Source: Octopus vulgaris (lineage: Eukaryota). Taken from it: a stretch of DNA of 64,000 bases. This document shows, in pieces, positions 40,607-53,094 of the stretch. The position numbers were made by a program, and so were the translations under genes. The notes under the pieces are model-generated. The model did not search any database. It was not told where the DNA came from and saw nothing but the letters and a program-made list of their open reading frames with translations. How positions within the stretch are numbered: position 1 is the first letter of the stretch; each line of letters starts with the position of its first letter. The DNA lies in assembly GCA_951406725.2 (NCBI GenBank), contig OX597826.1, positions 23,498,001-23,562,000 of the forward strand. Reading direction: 5' to 3'.

Positions 40607-40810
40607 AGTAGGTGAATGAATTATCCTATGTTTATCGTCAGCATGGAAAATTCGTTTAACCGAAACCTGGGTAGCAAATTCACGTCAGAAAACACGGTTG
40701 AAGCGACCTGTCAAGGGTAGAAACTCCGGGTTCATGTGTAGAAATTTGTGTGTTGTATATGAATAAATGAAAGAATGGAGTCGAACGAAGATGTTAACAA
40801 AATTCCTTTA

Positions 40811-40892
40811 CTCTCGACACATGTTTCGAAGACAGCATGTTTTCATTCCAAAGGAATAAAGGGTGCATTATGCAATCTTCTCATCAGGAAAG
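40811..40892 (-). ncRNA. Hammerhead ribozyme motif, minus-strand copy in the hairpin
   Basis: Reverse complement of 40971-41052. Confidence 0.8.
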
Positions 40893-40970
40893 AAAGGGAG
40901 CCTCTCTCGACAACAAGACAAACAAAAAAGCGATAATGAGTGTGTATTGTTGTTGAGAGAGGCTCCCTTT

Positions 40971-41052
40971 CTTTCCTGATGAGAAGATTGCATAATGCAC
41001 CCTTTATTCCTTTGGAATGAAAACATGCTGTCTTCGAAACATGTGTCGAGAG
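40971..41052 (+). ncRNA. Type I hammerhead ribozyme motif with canonical core and expanded stem II
   Basis: CTTTC CTGATGA GAAGA-(43 nt)-TCTTC GAAA CATGTG TC GAGAG; GUC site at 41045-41047. Confidence 0.82.
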
Positions 41053-41150
41053 TAAAGGAATTTTGTTAACATCTTCGTTCGACTCCATTCTTTCATTTAT
41101 ATATATATATATATGTTGATATTAAAATTAATATTAATTTATCTCCCTCA

Positions 41151-41214
<64 letters not shown>

Positions 41215-41291
41215 CATATATATACGACGGCCCGAGGCTACAGTAGAAGACACTTGCCCATGGTGCCACGCAGTGGGGAATGAACCCGGAA

Positions 41292-41339
<48 letters not shown>

Positions 41340-41704
41340 AAATAAGGAGTTAAAAACGTAGAATCTTTAAGATCTGGTTAATGGTAGGATACAAAATATA
41401 TAAAAATACGATACATGAGATGAGCTATTTATTTACCATTTCCGATGAAAATGTCCAAAATCCTATAGTCTTGCACGAAACTGTATATATATTTTTTAAT
41501 GTTTACATTAACGGAGGGCGGTGATGTAGGGAAAACAGAATAGCACTAAAACTACAGATTAAATAACTCGACAGAATTTAGCTCAACGAGGAAACAGAGA
41601 AGAGCGACATTTGTCAGTTCGGTGCATGTACTGAGGTAAGACTGGTCGGAAAGATAAGTTGCAGGGTAGGGCAGGGTGAGAATAACCCACGGGGTATCAG
41701 ATAA

Positions 41705-41917
41705 GAGGGGGCGCTGAAAAGTCCCTAGCTTTGAGAAAAAGAAAACACAGGAGGATCAGTTAATTGTGATTTTATTCAACATATTCCCCTCTCAGAACTA
41801 CAAACTTATTGCAACGGTCCTTCAGTTTTCTAAGCTTTGTAAAACAACTCGGAAGATTGAACCTCCAACCAGGCCTTTCACAATACCCTTAAAGCTAGGA
41901 ACTTTTCAGCACCCCTC
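41705..41917. mobile_element. Mariner-type MITE
   Basis: TIRs GAGGGGGCGCTGAAAAGTCCCTAGC / GCTAGGAACTTTTCAGCACCCCTC. Confidence 0.75.
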
Positions 41918-42041
41918 AAACAGTCTATCCGACAGATTGATTAGCTTCTGTTTACCAAATTTTTATTTAAAAATCTTGGATTGAGCCGAGGATACGGTAG
42001 AAGACATCTTTTCTAGGTGCACCGCATGTTTGCGACACATA

Positions 42042-42528
42042 TCTATATATATAAAACTCTAGTTGTGTGAGTGTCTGTCCCCTTCGATTTACATTCCTAA
42101 CTACTCCCACATTTTGCGGTGCAGTTTAACCAAATTCGGGTATCTTATAGTCGTGATTAATATCGAGCCCGTCTGACTATTAGCGCGCGTCAACGATGAG
42201 TCTACGATTTTAAAAATAATTTAATATCATTTTTTATTCCATTTTAATGCATAAAATGCATCGTGTGTCCATGGCGGCGGAGTTGGCGTCCACGCTCACA
42301 GCTGCACCTGTTTGCTTCTCCCCCTTCCCTCCCTCGTGAAGCTGTGGTGAAGGGAGTGTAAAGAAATCAACGTCGTAATGCGTTGTGAAGGAGACCAGCG
42401 TTCTTTTAGAACAACGACTTCATGGCTAAGAAAGCCCGAATTGGCATCTATAAGGGAAGTAACTCTCTAAAAATGCTTATATAGTTATTTCCCTTACAAA
42501 CCCGAGCAACGCCGGGCGATACTGCTAG
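42042..42528 (+). mobile_element. Non-autonomous Helitron
   Basis: A|TCTATATATATAAA ... CCCGAGCAACGCCGGG CGATACTG CTAG|T. Confidence 0.85.
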
Positions 42529-42919
42529 TTCCTTAATAAACTTAACATACGACTAATTTCATTAATGACTTTCCACTTATTAGTCTGGTACGGTAGTGTG
42601 GCGACAAGCTGACAGAATCGCTAATGCGTCGGATGAATTGCCTGGCGGCATCGGCTATCCTCTCCCCTCAAATTGCTGGCTTTGTGTTGAAATTAGAAAG
42701 GACTATTAGTATAGAGCTTATATCGACATGAGAAGGATAAAATATAAGTCGGCCACGGCGGGGTTTGAACTCAGAATAAATGTGTGTATGTGTGTGTGTG
42801 TGTGTGTGTCTGTGTATGTGTCTGTGTACACATACATAGTTATACATAATTAGGATAAAGTCATTATTTAATGATTTATCAGTGGCCAGCGTACTAACAA
42901 TGCCATAATGGTTAGTTCG

Positions 42920-43097
42920 TATTTAAGTATAATTATATAAAATATAATTATAATAAGGGCGCTGAAACGACAACGCCTGCACGCTAGAAATAGACCCAAA
43001 ATGGTCCACAAAGCACTTAAGTTATTACTCCAGCGTGCAGGTATTGTCGTTTCAATGCCCTTATTATAATTACATTTTATATAATTATACTTAAATA
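42920..43097. repeat. Imperfect inverted repeat, ~66-bp arms
   Basis: TATTTAAGTATAATT..AAGGGCGCTGAAACGACAACGCCTGCACGCT vs AGCGTGCAGGTATTGTCGTTTCAATGCCCTT..ATACTTAAATA. Confidence 0.85.
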
Positions 43098-43849
43098 TAT
43101 ATATACATGTATGTGTGTGTGTGTGGAGAAAGAGAGAGAGAGAGATAGACAAATACTGAGCTGACGATGCCAATTTAGGCAGAAACACTTGCTCAAAGCT
43201 GTCCTCTTGCCTTCAAGCAATCAGACTCTCTTTTCCTTAATGAGATATCAATTTCAGAAAATCCTTGACTAATGAATTTACCTCCCCTTCTAATTTCCAA
43301 TTGGTCGCAACCGAAACTAAGCATTTGTTTGTTCTTCTCTCAAAGGAAAAATAATTTCAATAAATCAAGAATCCATCTAGTAAGGTATTAGATGTCCCTG
43401 TCTTTGCTTTTAGTGTCCATATCCATGCCACTGATCTCTCGGAGTTACTTTCTCAGGTCTTTTTCATTGCTTAAGCAGCAGAGTAGTTTCATAACTTTGA
43501 TTCTATGAAGTTCATGACGTTTCTACGAAATAATATTACAACGAGAACTAGAAATGAGATTAAAAGCGTGAGCCTGAAGCATCCGTTTCCGTGCATGTCG
43601 TTCACAAAATTTTTAAACAAAAGAAGATAAGGATAAGCGTTTTCTTTAAATTTTCCTTTCATCTTTCAAGAAATATATTTAGACAGTGGATTTTTCCGAA
43701 GAAAACCAGGCTTGGTTCACCCGCTGATGATCGGAAAAGAGCAAATCTGAGTATTCGAAATCAGAGCCTTTCAGTTATAATATATTGAAGAGAACTCTAC
43801 ATTTCTATTGAGTCCTGTAATTTATCACTTTTGATGAATCAAAAAGAGA

Positions 43850-43890
<41 letters not shown>

Positions 43891-43909
43891 ATATGTATGT
43901 GCATTCTTT

Positions 43910-44125
43910 ATTCTTTTACACATTTCAGTCATTTGTCTGCAGCCATGCTGGAGCACCGCCTTAAGTGGTTTAAGTCGAAGAAATCGACTCTAGGACTTAT
44001 TCTTTGTAAGACTAGTACTTCTTCTATCGGTCTCTTTTGCCGAACCACGAATTTACGGGACATAGACACACCAACATTGGTTGGCAAGCGATGTGGGAGG
44101 GGAACAAACAGATACAAAGCCACAT
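43910..44125 (-). mobile_element. SINE family A, 3' half
   Basis: CAGCCATGCTGGAGCACCGCC..GACTTATTCTTTGTAAG. Confidence 0.7.
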
Positions 44126-44214
<89 letters not shown>

Positions 44215-45245
44215 TAACAGAAAAGAGGAATTTCGGTTGTCCCCACGTGGTGGGTTGTAATGTATATAAGAAATTAAAAGAGGAAAATACGCACATTTAC
44301 ATGGTTTTAATATATCGACCGGTTTCGCTATCGCTATTCATGATATAATGTTTAATTTATATGAATATATATTTTTTCTTAAGAAGAAATTTGGTCCATG
44401 TTGTGTGTGATGAAATTCACGAGTGAATGACTTTACATGTAGACAAATAAAGGGAGGTAATTGGTTGTTATTATTGTTATTGTTGCGTGTAAGGGAGATA
44501 ACTGTTCACGTTTTGGGTGGGGAATAAATATGTGTACAGAAAAGAGACAGGTTTTTAAAAAAGACCTTGTTTAGTAGGGGATTTATGTACAGTGATGTAA
44601 TATGTAAAAATATAAAAGTTGGTTATGCGTGCATATTAAGACGTGTTTTGTATTTTTCAATGAAAAAAGTTTCTTTATTTAAGCGTTCTAGTTGAGAGAT
44701 TGCGTCTTTGTACTGGTAGAAAGGGAAGACTGTGAAATTTGGTTTGATGTTACCTGCACATTTTTCTATGTGTTCACTAAGAGGAATTTGTCTGTATTGC
44801 GGGAAACGGATTTGCTCCTTATGCAGAGTGATTCTCTTTCTCAAAGTTAAACTCGTTTGTCCAATGTACTGATGACCGCAACCCGAGCAGGTTATTACAT
44901 AAATTAGGTAAACAGAGGCACAGGTGAAACTAGTTTTAATTGTGAACCTCTGTCCTTGTTTGAAAAGGAAATCCGAGCCTTCAAGCAGGTTGGGGCAGGT
45001 TCCACAGTTCGGGCGTCCACATTTTTCAACCGTTGGTTTCGTGGTTGTTTTGTAAAGCTACGCATTTGTTAGTAGTCTCTTTAGCGATTTGTCTTGTTTT
45101 TTACATTTGATGAGTTTGTGTGTTTTCAGGATGTCGTTCATTTTTGGATCTCTAGTTAGTAAATGGAGAGTTTGCACAATAGTGTTGAATGCCTCACTGT
45201 TTCTGGGGTTGTTTGTTGATATAAAAAGTAATGTTTTGGTTTGAG
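44215..45245 (-). mobile_element. Penelope-like element, 3' fragment (GIY-YIG + terminal region)
   Basis: CGRPNCGTC, FTCAS..LIYVITCSGC..QYIGQT..LRKRITLH..H. Flanked by microsatellites. Confidence 0.85.
44311..44347 (-). ncRNA. Minimal hammerhead variant with an A3:U8 core
   Basis: Minus: TATATC ATGAATA GC-GATA-GC GAAA CCGG TC GATATA. Confidence 0.65.
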
Positions 45246-45259
45246 GTATATATATATAT

Positions 45260-45430
45260 AGTTGAAATTTATAGAAAAACTAAAGACGAAGTCAGGTGTA
45301 TGAACAACAAGTATGTGTATTAGTTTGGCGCTCGGAAAAATGAAAAAAGTCTTTTATGTTTCGAGTCTGCGCTCTTCAGCAGAAAGGAATACAAGGTAAT
45401 AAACAGAGAGAGAATGAACAAAACATATAG
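45260..45430 (-). mobile_element. Solo PLE terminal fragment with hammerhead variant (45351-45386)
   Basis: Homologous to 8556-8757. Minus: CTTT CTGCTGA A GAGC-GCAG-ACTC GAAA CA TA AAAG. Confidence 0.7.
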
Positions 45431-45982
45431 ATTTCACGTTTCCACGACGGGCTTCTTTCAGTTTCCGTCTACCAAATCCAGTCACAAGGCTTTGGTCGAC
45501 CCAAGGCTATAGGTCCAAGGTGTCACGCAGTGAGACTGAACCTGGAAACATGTGGTCGCGAAACAAGCTTCTTACCACACAGCCATGACCGCACCTATAT
45601 ATCTTTTATCTTTTACTTGTTTCAGTCATTATACTGCGCCCGTACTTGGGCAACGCCTTGAAGTGGTTGGTCGAACAAATCGACACCAGTACTTTTTTCT
45701 AAGTTCTGCTGGATATCTTTTTTTGCCGAATCGCTAATATACGGGGAGGTAAACAAACAAAGACTTCTTGTTAGCGTTGGTGGGGGAGAAACATATACAC
45801 GCGCGCGCACATACACAGACAACGGGTTTCTTTCAGATGCCGCCAGGAATTGAACTTGGAACCATGTGGTTGGGAAGTAAACTCCTTACCACACCCAAGC
45901 CTCTGTGTGTGTGTGTTTGTGTTTGAGTGTAATGTGCTTGGGTGTATTTATACATTTGTACAAGTATGTATATGTGTGTGTT

Positions 45983-46029
<47 letters not shown>

Positions 46030-46100
46030 ATATATATATATATGTGTGTGTATATATATATATATATACATGTGTGTGTGTGTATATATATATATATGTG

Positions 46101-46214
<114 letters not shown>

Positions 46215-46543
46215 CAACCTGGTAGTTGGAGCAGAACTCCGGAAGTGATAAGAAGCCAAAAGGGTATGCTCCCGCTTTCAGTGTTCCCAAATCCGAATGA
46301 AGGAGTTCTGAGCTGACGAAAGAAATGTCGATTTGACTAATCTAGAAACGTACGTTCTCAAATAACCTTTGCATTTGTGATTTTTTAATGTCTTTACCCC
46401 CATATCTTCGTGAGTTGACTTGAGCAAAGACTATATGAGAGAGATTTTCTTTAAGTATTAGAAATAGTTTAAAAAAATTTTTTTAGCTGCTATTTCTAAT
46501 GAGTTCAGTATGTGGCAAAGTAATTTATTTTACTAAGCCCTTT

Positions 46544-46601
<58 letters not shown>

Positions 46602-48372
46602 ACATTTATGTGTGTATGTATGTATACTTGTTTGTTTGCTTCTGTGTGTGTGTGTTTCTTTGTGCACGTGTCTTGTTACATATTACAAGGCAAAAGTAAC
46701 GTGTTCTACATATTATATAGGTGACAGGTTCACCCCGAATCGTTTGATATTTCCTCTAACATATGCAGGACAAACACTAGAGGAGTTTCTTCGAATTCTT
46801 GTGATTATATTCGGTTCAAGATACATATATTCATACATTCATACATATGTTTATTATCGCACGAATGCACATATATATTTCTGAGGTAAATATTTATGTA
46901 TGAGAAAAGGGGTGGAATAGACTGAGTGTTTGGTAAATTCTATGAACAAGAAGCTACATGGCATTCATTAACACGCCAGATGTCTCAAATCAGAGAAGTT
47001 TGAAAGAGATATCAACATCTGATCTGTTTAAGCATTTCACACGTACATACACGTACATATGAGTATACGGTCAACATGCACGAATATGTGTATAGACATA
47101 TTTTAGATCTTTTATTATTATTATGAATTTTATATATTTTAGTAGCTTCCTCATCCGGTTTATATTTCATGATGCCAAGCAGAATATAGAGCCTTGGCGG
47201 ACCAAATCGATAGGGTGTCGACCACCACTACCATTCCCAGCTTTGATCATCTCATCTTTTTATTTTTATCGGTGTGTTCAGGACTACATTATCTGATGTG
47301 TGGTTATTTTTGTAAGACCATATGGTGCCATTAGAACAAGATTTGATGGTTATTTTCGGTAGACTGAGCGAGTATATAGAATTTCTCTTCGCCACAATTC
47401 GAAAGCTGACTTGGAGCTAAACAATATAATACTCAATGATTCATATCCCGTTACCGGTACCAGTACTGTGTTGGCAAACGATAGCTTAACTCACAACAGT
47501 CTAGTGTACTTGACTGTAAATAGAGTAAGATGGGTATAGTTCACAGTTACGTGACAAAGGGATGTTTTGTAAGCCTGTAATACAAAGCCAAAATATTCCC
47601 ACGAATAAACATAGCGATATTTCTAATACAGTATATTCCGGCATTCAAGATGACGGAGTATATAGTGTAAATACGTAGTGCAAACATTCAAGCATCATGC
47701 TCATCTTTTCAAATCCTGCTGCATTTCGCACGAATGTTTGGTCCAAAGTTGTCTTTGTGTATAAGTTACCTCCTTTTTATAACTGGAAATTTTGATCAGA
47801 AAAATTCGACTTGTATGCCAGAAAATACCATTACTATTGTAGCGAGACCATTTCTATTATGGCGTATTGAATACATTAAACTGATGTCAGTTCATCGCGT
47901 TAACCTGTAATGACTGGTCGTTTTACCTATCACGTAAGTCTTGAACATTGGTTCAGTGCTATGCTGCGATTGATTGGATATTGCGCAGGATTTTGGATCG
48001 AAAGTCTAATCACATTGCATGTAATATATTCCCAAACAACCAATCTGTATGTGCTCTGGAGCCTCCACTTTTTTTCCTTTTCTATAAATGAATGTAACAA
48101 ATTATCTACGAGCAGAGGAGTGAGTGATTTTCATGAAGGCGAGCTATGCTGATTTCCTACCGTTTTTCACCAGGGCAAAATTAATATAAGGGAGCACATG
48201 TAACCAACGGCGACCCAAGCTGAATAATCCAAACACTGGATGAACGACAACCACCAGAATTCGTGATGTTTCTTTCTTGATCCACTACACTATTTTACAG
48301 AGGAATACAGTCTCGCAGTTATGTTTTTACGTTCGTTTCTTGTATTACTTCTATGAGTGAACACACAACATA

Positions 48373-48939
48373 TATTGTTGTCCGGAAAGATCGTGCTGAT
48401 TTTTAAAGGAAAGAAAAAAGTCAATAAATACTTGCCATTACATTTTTAATCAACCAAATATGAACCGTTTTGTTGCACAATACGTCTCCATCTTTCCTTT
48501 AACTTTAAAATACCCCCTTTCCAGAATTGAGGTGGTTTCATGGCAAATAATTCATCAAGGTAACTTTTTACGTCATCCAAGGAATTGAAATTTTTACCAT
48601 TAAGACTATTCTGCAGAGACCTGAATAAGTGGAAATCCGAAGGAGCAATATCTGGTGAATATGGAGGGTGGGGTAACATATCCAGCCGAGCTGCAGCAAT
48701 TTTTGTCTGGTTCCCAAAGATTCAAGTGCCGAAAATGAATTTTCTTATCTTCCATTTTAAAGGGTTACAGAATTAACACAGGTTATAGGAACGTAAACCT
48801 TCTTCCACAAAAAGATAGCTTAAACTGTGCTCTAAATGGAGGTGTAGTCAAATCCTATTTTATGAACTCAACCATGTTCTGAAATAAGTCGAAAGGTAAG
48901 CTGCTATAAATCGGCACGAACTTTCCGGACAATCCAATA
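48373..48939 (-). mobile_element. Internally deleted mariner transposon
   Basis: TIRs TATTG.TGTCCGGAAAG.TCGTGC.GATTT with flanking TA; transposase C-terminus PHPPYSPDIAPSDFHLF. Confidence 0.92.
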
Positions 48940-50935
48940 TAATGGTATACATGATTCAGTAGTAAAACCAAGGGAGATTCGAACATGAATAGACTAATCG
49001 CTGGTGCGTTTCTCGTAGGAGAACTGCTTCTCCTTTACGGCGATGATCTTGTTTATAATTTTGTTTGAGTCTGCCGGAATGTATTTAGAATATGCGCAGT
49101 AGGACTGAACCAGAAAGCATGCAGTTGCCAAGCGAGCTTCTTAACAACACAGCCTTTAAATAATTTTTTTTAGATAATTAATTAATAAAATTATTAGCGT
49201 TTAATTTTTTTGCTTTGTTTTGTAGAAACCGGGTTCTTTAAATTCAGTGTAATCTTTCCAAATAGCAACAATATTTTCTTCCTCTCTATTTTAAACTATT
49301 TTTATTTTGTTTTTAAGTCAATCTATTTCTGTTATGTCTTATCTTCTTTAAACAGAGAATGTTCTGGAAGACAGCTTTAGTTAAAAACGTAGACATTTTT
49401 TAATTGTCTAAATTAAAATGCCTCAGCAGTTTTTTTTCTTCTGAATAACTCTTGTTTTTTCCTATTTTTTGTCAGTGTTCTCTGCCAAATAAAGGAGGTG
49501 AGCAAGCAGAATCGTTAGCGCGCCGGACAAAATGCTTAACGATTCTTTACGTTTCTAAGTTCAAATCCTGCTGAGGTCGACTCTGCCTTTCATCCTTTCG
49601 GAGTCGATAAATTAAGTACCAGTGAAACACTGGGGTCGATGCAATCGACTAGTCCCCCACCACCAAAATTTCAGGCCTTTGCCTATAGTAGAAAGGATTA
49701 TTATTATTATTATTCAGTAGTTTTATTTTTATATCGTGCTTTCACTTCAATACCGAGCGCAGCTCTGTGTGCCTTGGGTATGTACTGTGGTTTGTTATGA
49801 TGCTCTTGTGGTTACTGTATTGTATTATTATTATTATGATTATTATGATTATTATTATTATTATTATTATTACTCAGGTCCTGTTGTTAGTGTTTGTTAA
49901 GCTCTAGTTCAAATCAGGAAACATTTCTGTTGGGCTACCAAGATTTCAAAAATTAAAGTTTATTGAAAATTTTAAAATTTGGTACGTTAATGTAGTTTTC
50001 CAAGCTGAATTGCTGGAGTTATTTCACTTTTTCCAGAAGTTTTTTCTTTTAATTATAGAGGTTTGAAGTTTGATCATTTTCATTCGGTCAGGAAGCAGGA
50101 TTTGAAAGTTGTCATTTTGTGCATGACTGCACATGACTGCACATTTTGTCAATATTTGTATTCTAGACGCGGAAAACGAGTAAAAAAACACATCTTTTGT
50201 AGTTTTAAGCATCCAATATGCATTTAATCCGACAAAACAGCACATTACAAATTAATATTTCTCAAAATAAGAAACTTATAGCACGAACTTAAAAGATTCA
50301 TCTAAAAAAAAATCAAATAGATCGGTAAAATTTCCAGGTGAGTAAAACAGTAGAACACAGCGTCAACACATGCTTTCTCGAAGATAAAAGCGTTCTCATG
50401 TTCGGCTTGTTACTATGGAAACAGGCATGAGTGTGTCAGTGGCTTATGATTAGCTAAAATTCTTAAATTTTTCTAACTAATAGCAGCTAATAACTCTTTA
50501 TTTATTGATTTATATCGAATATGATTTTCATAGCATTGATTAGCCTATAAAAGTGTATTGTTACACTGAATATGAAATCAATTCGAACAGAAATTGACCT
50601 TGGCAGCCAAACAAAAAAGATCCCAAAGTTCGAACAACTCTATTACTAATAGCGTTCTTTTTCAAAAATAAGGTAGAGTGTGTTTGACTACTATGTCTAG
50701 CTGGTCGATCGAACATGTGGAGGGAGGCTCGCTTATTGACTCGTTGCATTACTCAATTGTTTATACTTATATTTAATGTTTTGGTTTCAAAACGTTAAAT
50801 ATTTTGAAACGCTCTCTCTATCTGTGTATATATATATATATAGATAGATAGATAGATAGAGCGAGAGAGACAGAGACAGAGAGAGGTCTATATGATTATT
50901 ATTCTTTTTTTTTTCCCCACAGATTGCGGAATGTG

Positions 50936-51140
50936 GCGGCGCAATGGCCCAGTGGTTAGGGCAGCGGACTCGCGGTTTCGATTCCCAGACCGGGCGTTGT
51001 GCGTGTTTATTGAGCGAAAACACCTATAAGCTTCACGAGGCACCGGCAGGGGTGGTGGCGTCCCCTGTTGTACTGTTTCGCCCCAACTTTTGAATGGCGG
51101 TGCCCCAGCATGGCCACAGCTTGTGAGCTAAAACTAAATG
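50936..51140 (+). mobile_element. tRNA-derived SINE ending in the CR1-group LINE tail
   Basis: Head TGGCCCAGTGGTTAGGGCAGCGGACT..TTCGATTCCC; tail GGCGGTGCCCCAGCATGGCCACAGCTTGTGAGCTAAAAC. Confidence 0.8.
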
Positions 51141-51695
51141 AAAAAAAAAAGAAAAAAAATTTATTCCAAATCGCAGGCAGTCGAAATGTTTTACATAGTG
51201 AAACAATGTCATGAAGATCTATCTATAAATTTATTCATTAAAAGTTATACTGATAGATAGTTAAATCAAAGTGAAATAATCTTAGTAGATAGCTGTGGAT
51301 GTTACACGTTTATCTTTTACGTATTTCAGTTTGGTTGGCTCACCGAACTCCAGAAAATGGAATTTTAACCGAAAGTCCTGATTGGCTGATTCGCAATTAT
51401 GGCGCGAAATAAGTCGAGACAATTCGCGTCACGTGTCAACTAGTGGCGCGAACTTCGTAGGGACCCCCGTGTCACATGTCAACCAGTGGTGCGAAACACG
51501 TAGAGACCACTCGTGTCACCTGTCAGCCAATCAAGTTAGCGTTTAGAACAAGAACAAGTTGACCAAAGATGGTTGTAACCTCAAACGAGATCATTTCTGC
51601 CTTGCCTTTCACACAGTGAAGATATTAGCAATCGCTATGGTCATATTTCAAAATGGCTGAAATTGCCACGCTACAATAGTATAACTACAACTTTA

Positions 51696-51918
51696 AGGCG
51701 GCGAACTGAAAGAAACGTTAGCACGCCGGCCGAAATGCTTAGCGTTATTTTATCTGCCGTTACGTTCTGAGTTCAAATTCTGCCGAGGTCGACTTTACCT
51801 TTCATCCTTTCGGGGTCGATTAAATAAGTACCAGTTACGCACTGGGGTCAATATAATCGACTTAATCCGTTTGTTTGTCCTCTGTGTGTTTTGCTCCTTG
51901 TGGGTAGTAAAGAAATTG
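51696..51918 (+). mobile_element. Monomeric family B SINE
   Basis: Same head and body as 28556; 17-bp TSD GTATAACTACAACTTTA at 51679-51695 and 51919-51935. Confidence 0.9.
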
Positions 51919-51937
51919 GTATAACTACAACTTTATG

Positions 51938-52267
51938 CTCCGACCTCCAAACAGGTTTCCACATAACTTTCTGAAAATGGATTTTTTAAAAATGAAATTC
52001 CAAAAGAGAAACGGTGGGATAGACTTCAAAAAAAATTTTTGGTTTTCCATCATGATTGTTATCTACATCATAAAAACTTATAAGGAAATAAAGTGGAGGC
52101 GTGTTAATTATCCGAAAAGCCTCTCATCCCATCTCTCCACCTCCGAAAAACATTTTCAAAGCAAATTCCGATATGATCGTAATCTGAACCACCTGAAAGG
52201 CATTTGTAGAAAATTTCATTTAAAAATATCCATTTTTCAGAAAATTATGAGGAAACAAAGTCGGAGC
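51938..52267. mobile_element. Probable MITE (imperfect ~60-bp inverted ends)
   Basis: GCTCCGAC..TTTCC.CATAA.TTTCTGAAAATGGA..AAATGAAATT mirrored at 52212-52267. Confidence 0.55.
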
Positions 52268-53094
52268 GGGTGGGGCACTCATTTGTAATAATGGCGTATT
52301 AATTTGTATTAACGTTCGTTGGCTTAGAGAAGTGGTCACCAACCATTTTTGTACCACATAGCTGTTTCATAAAAAGACAACTTTTCCATGGGCCGGGGAA
52401 TTACGTGTGTGACAAAATGCAATAAAGTGCATGGTATATAATTTATTACATATATATAACACATATATAATGCAAAAACACACTACAGATTGCAATAGAC
52501 AATTACTTTAAAAAAATTTTAATTTGATCTGTGTGGCCTGGTATCAAATGATCCACGGCCCGGGACTGGTTTGCAGTTGAGTGGCTGGAGATCCCTGGTT
52601 TAGTGGATTAGAGCGTCACGTCTTAGTAAGACTCCAAAAATAAGACACTTGAAGATCAGCGATCAAACCGCGCTTCGCTCAGCAATGGCTGTCGTCGTGG
52701 TTGTCGTTGATTGTGAAGATGAATGATAATGATTATTATTATTGCTTGAAAGACAGATGACATAGTTTAGTTATGGCTAGGGTCGTGATGATAGATCTGC
52801 TCGACCACGTTTGACAGGAAGGAACAACAACTACAACAAAGATGAATGGGTCCCCGTAACTTAGCGGTTCGACAAAAGAGACCGATAGAATAAGTACTAG
52901 GCTTACAAAGAATAAGTCCTGGGGTCGATTTGCTCGACTAAAGGCGGTGCTTCAAAAAGAGTAAAAGTGTAAAGAGAGGGTAATAACTAAGAAAATCATG
53001 TGGGTTTTTGTATTTGTTTTTGTTTAGCCTCAGGCCAACCTTGGCCGAACAGACCTGAGGATGCAGGCTTGGATGTTAGGTAACTCTTTGTCTG

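Larger units (their letters stand above)
40763..41100. repeat. Inverted repeat, 154-bp arms, 30-bp spacer
   Basis: 40763-40916 is the reverse complement of 40947-41100, with one mismatch seen. Confidence 0.95.

Noticed and set aside
47765-47910. Possible minus-strand host exon (AG...GT bounded)
   Set aside because: Stops in all three frames and no supporting neighbours; cannot be called from sequence alone.
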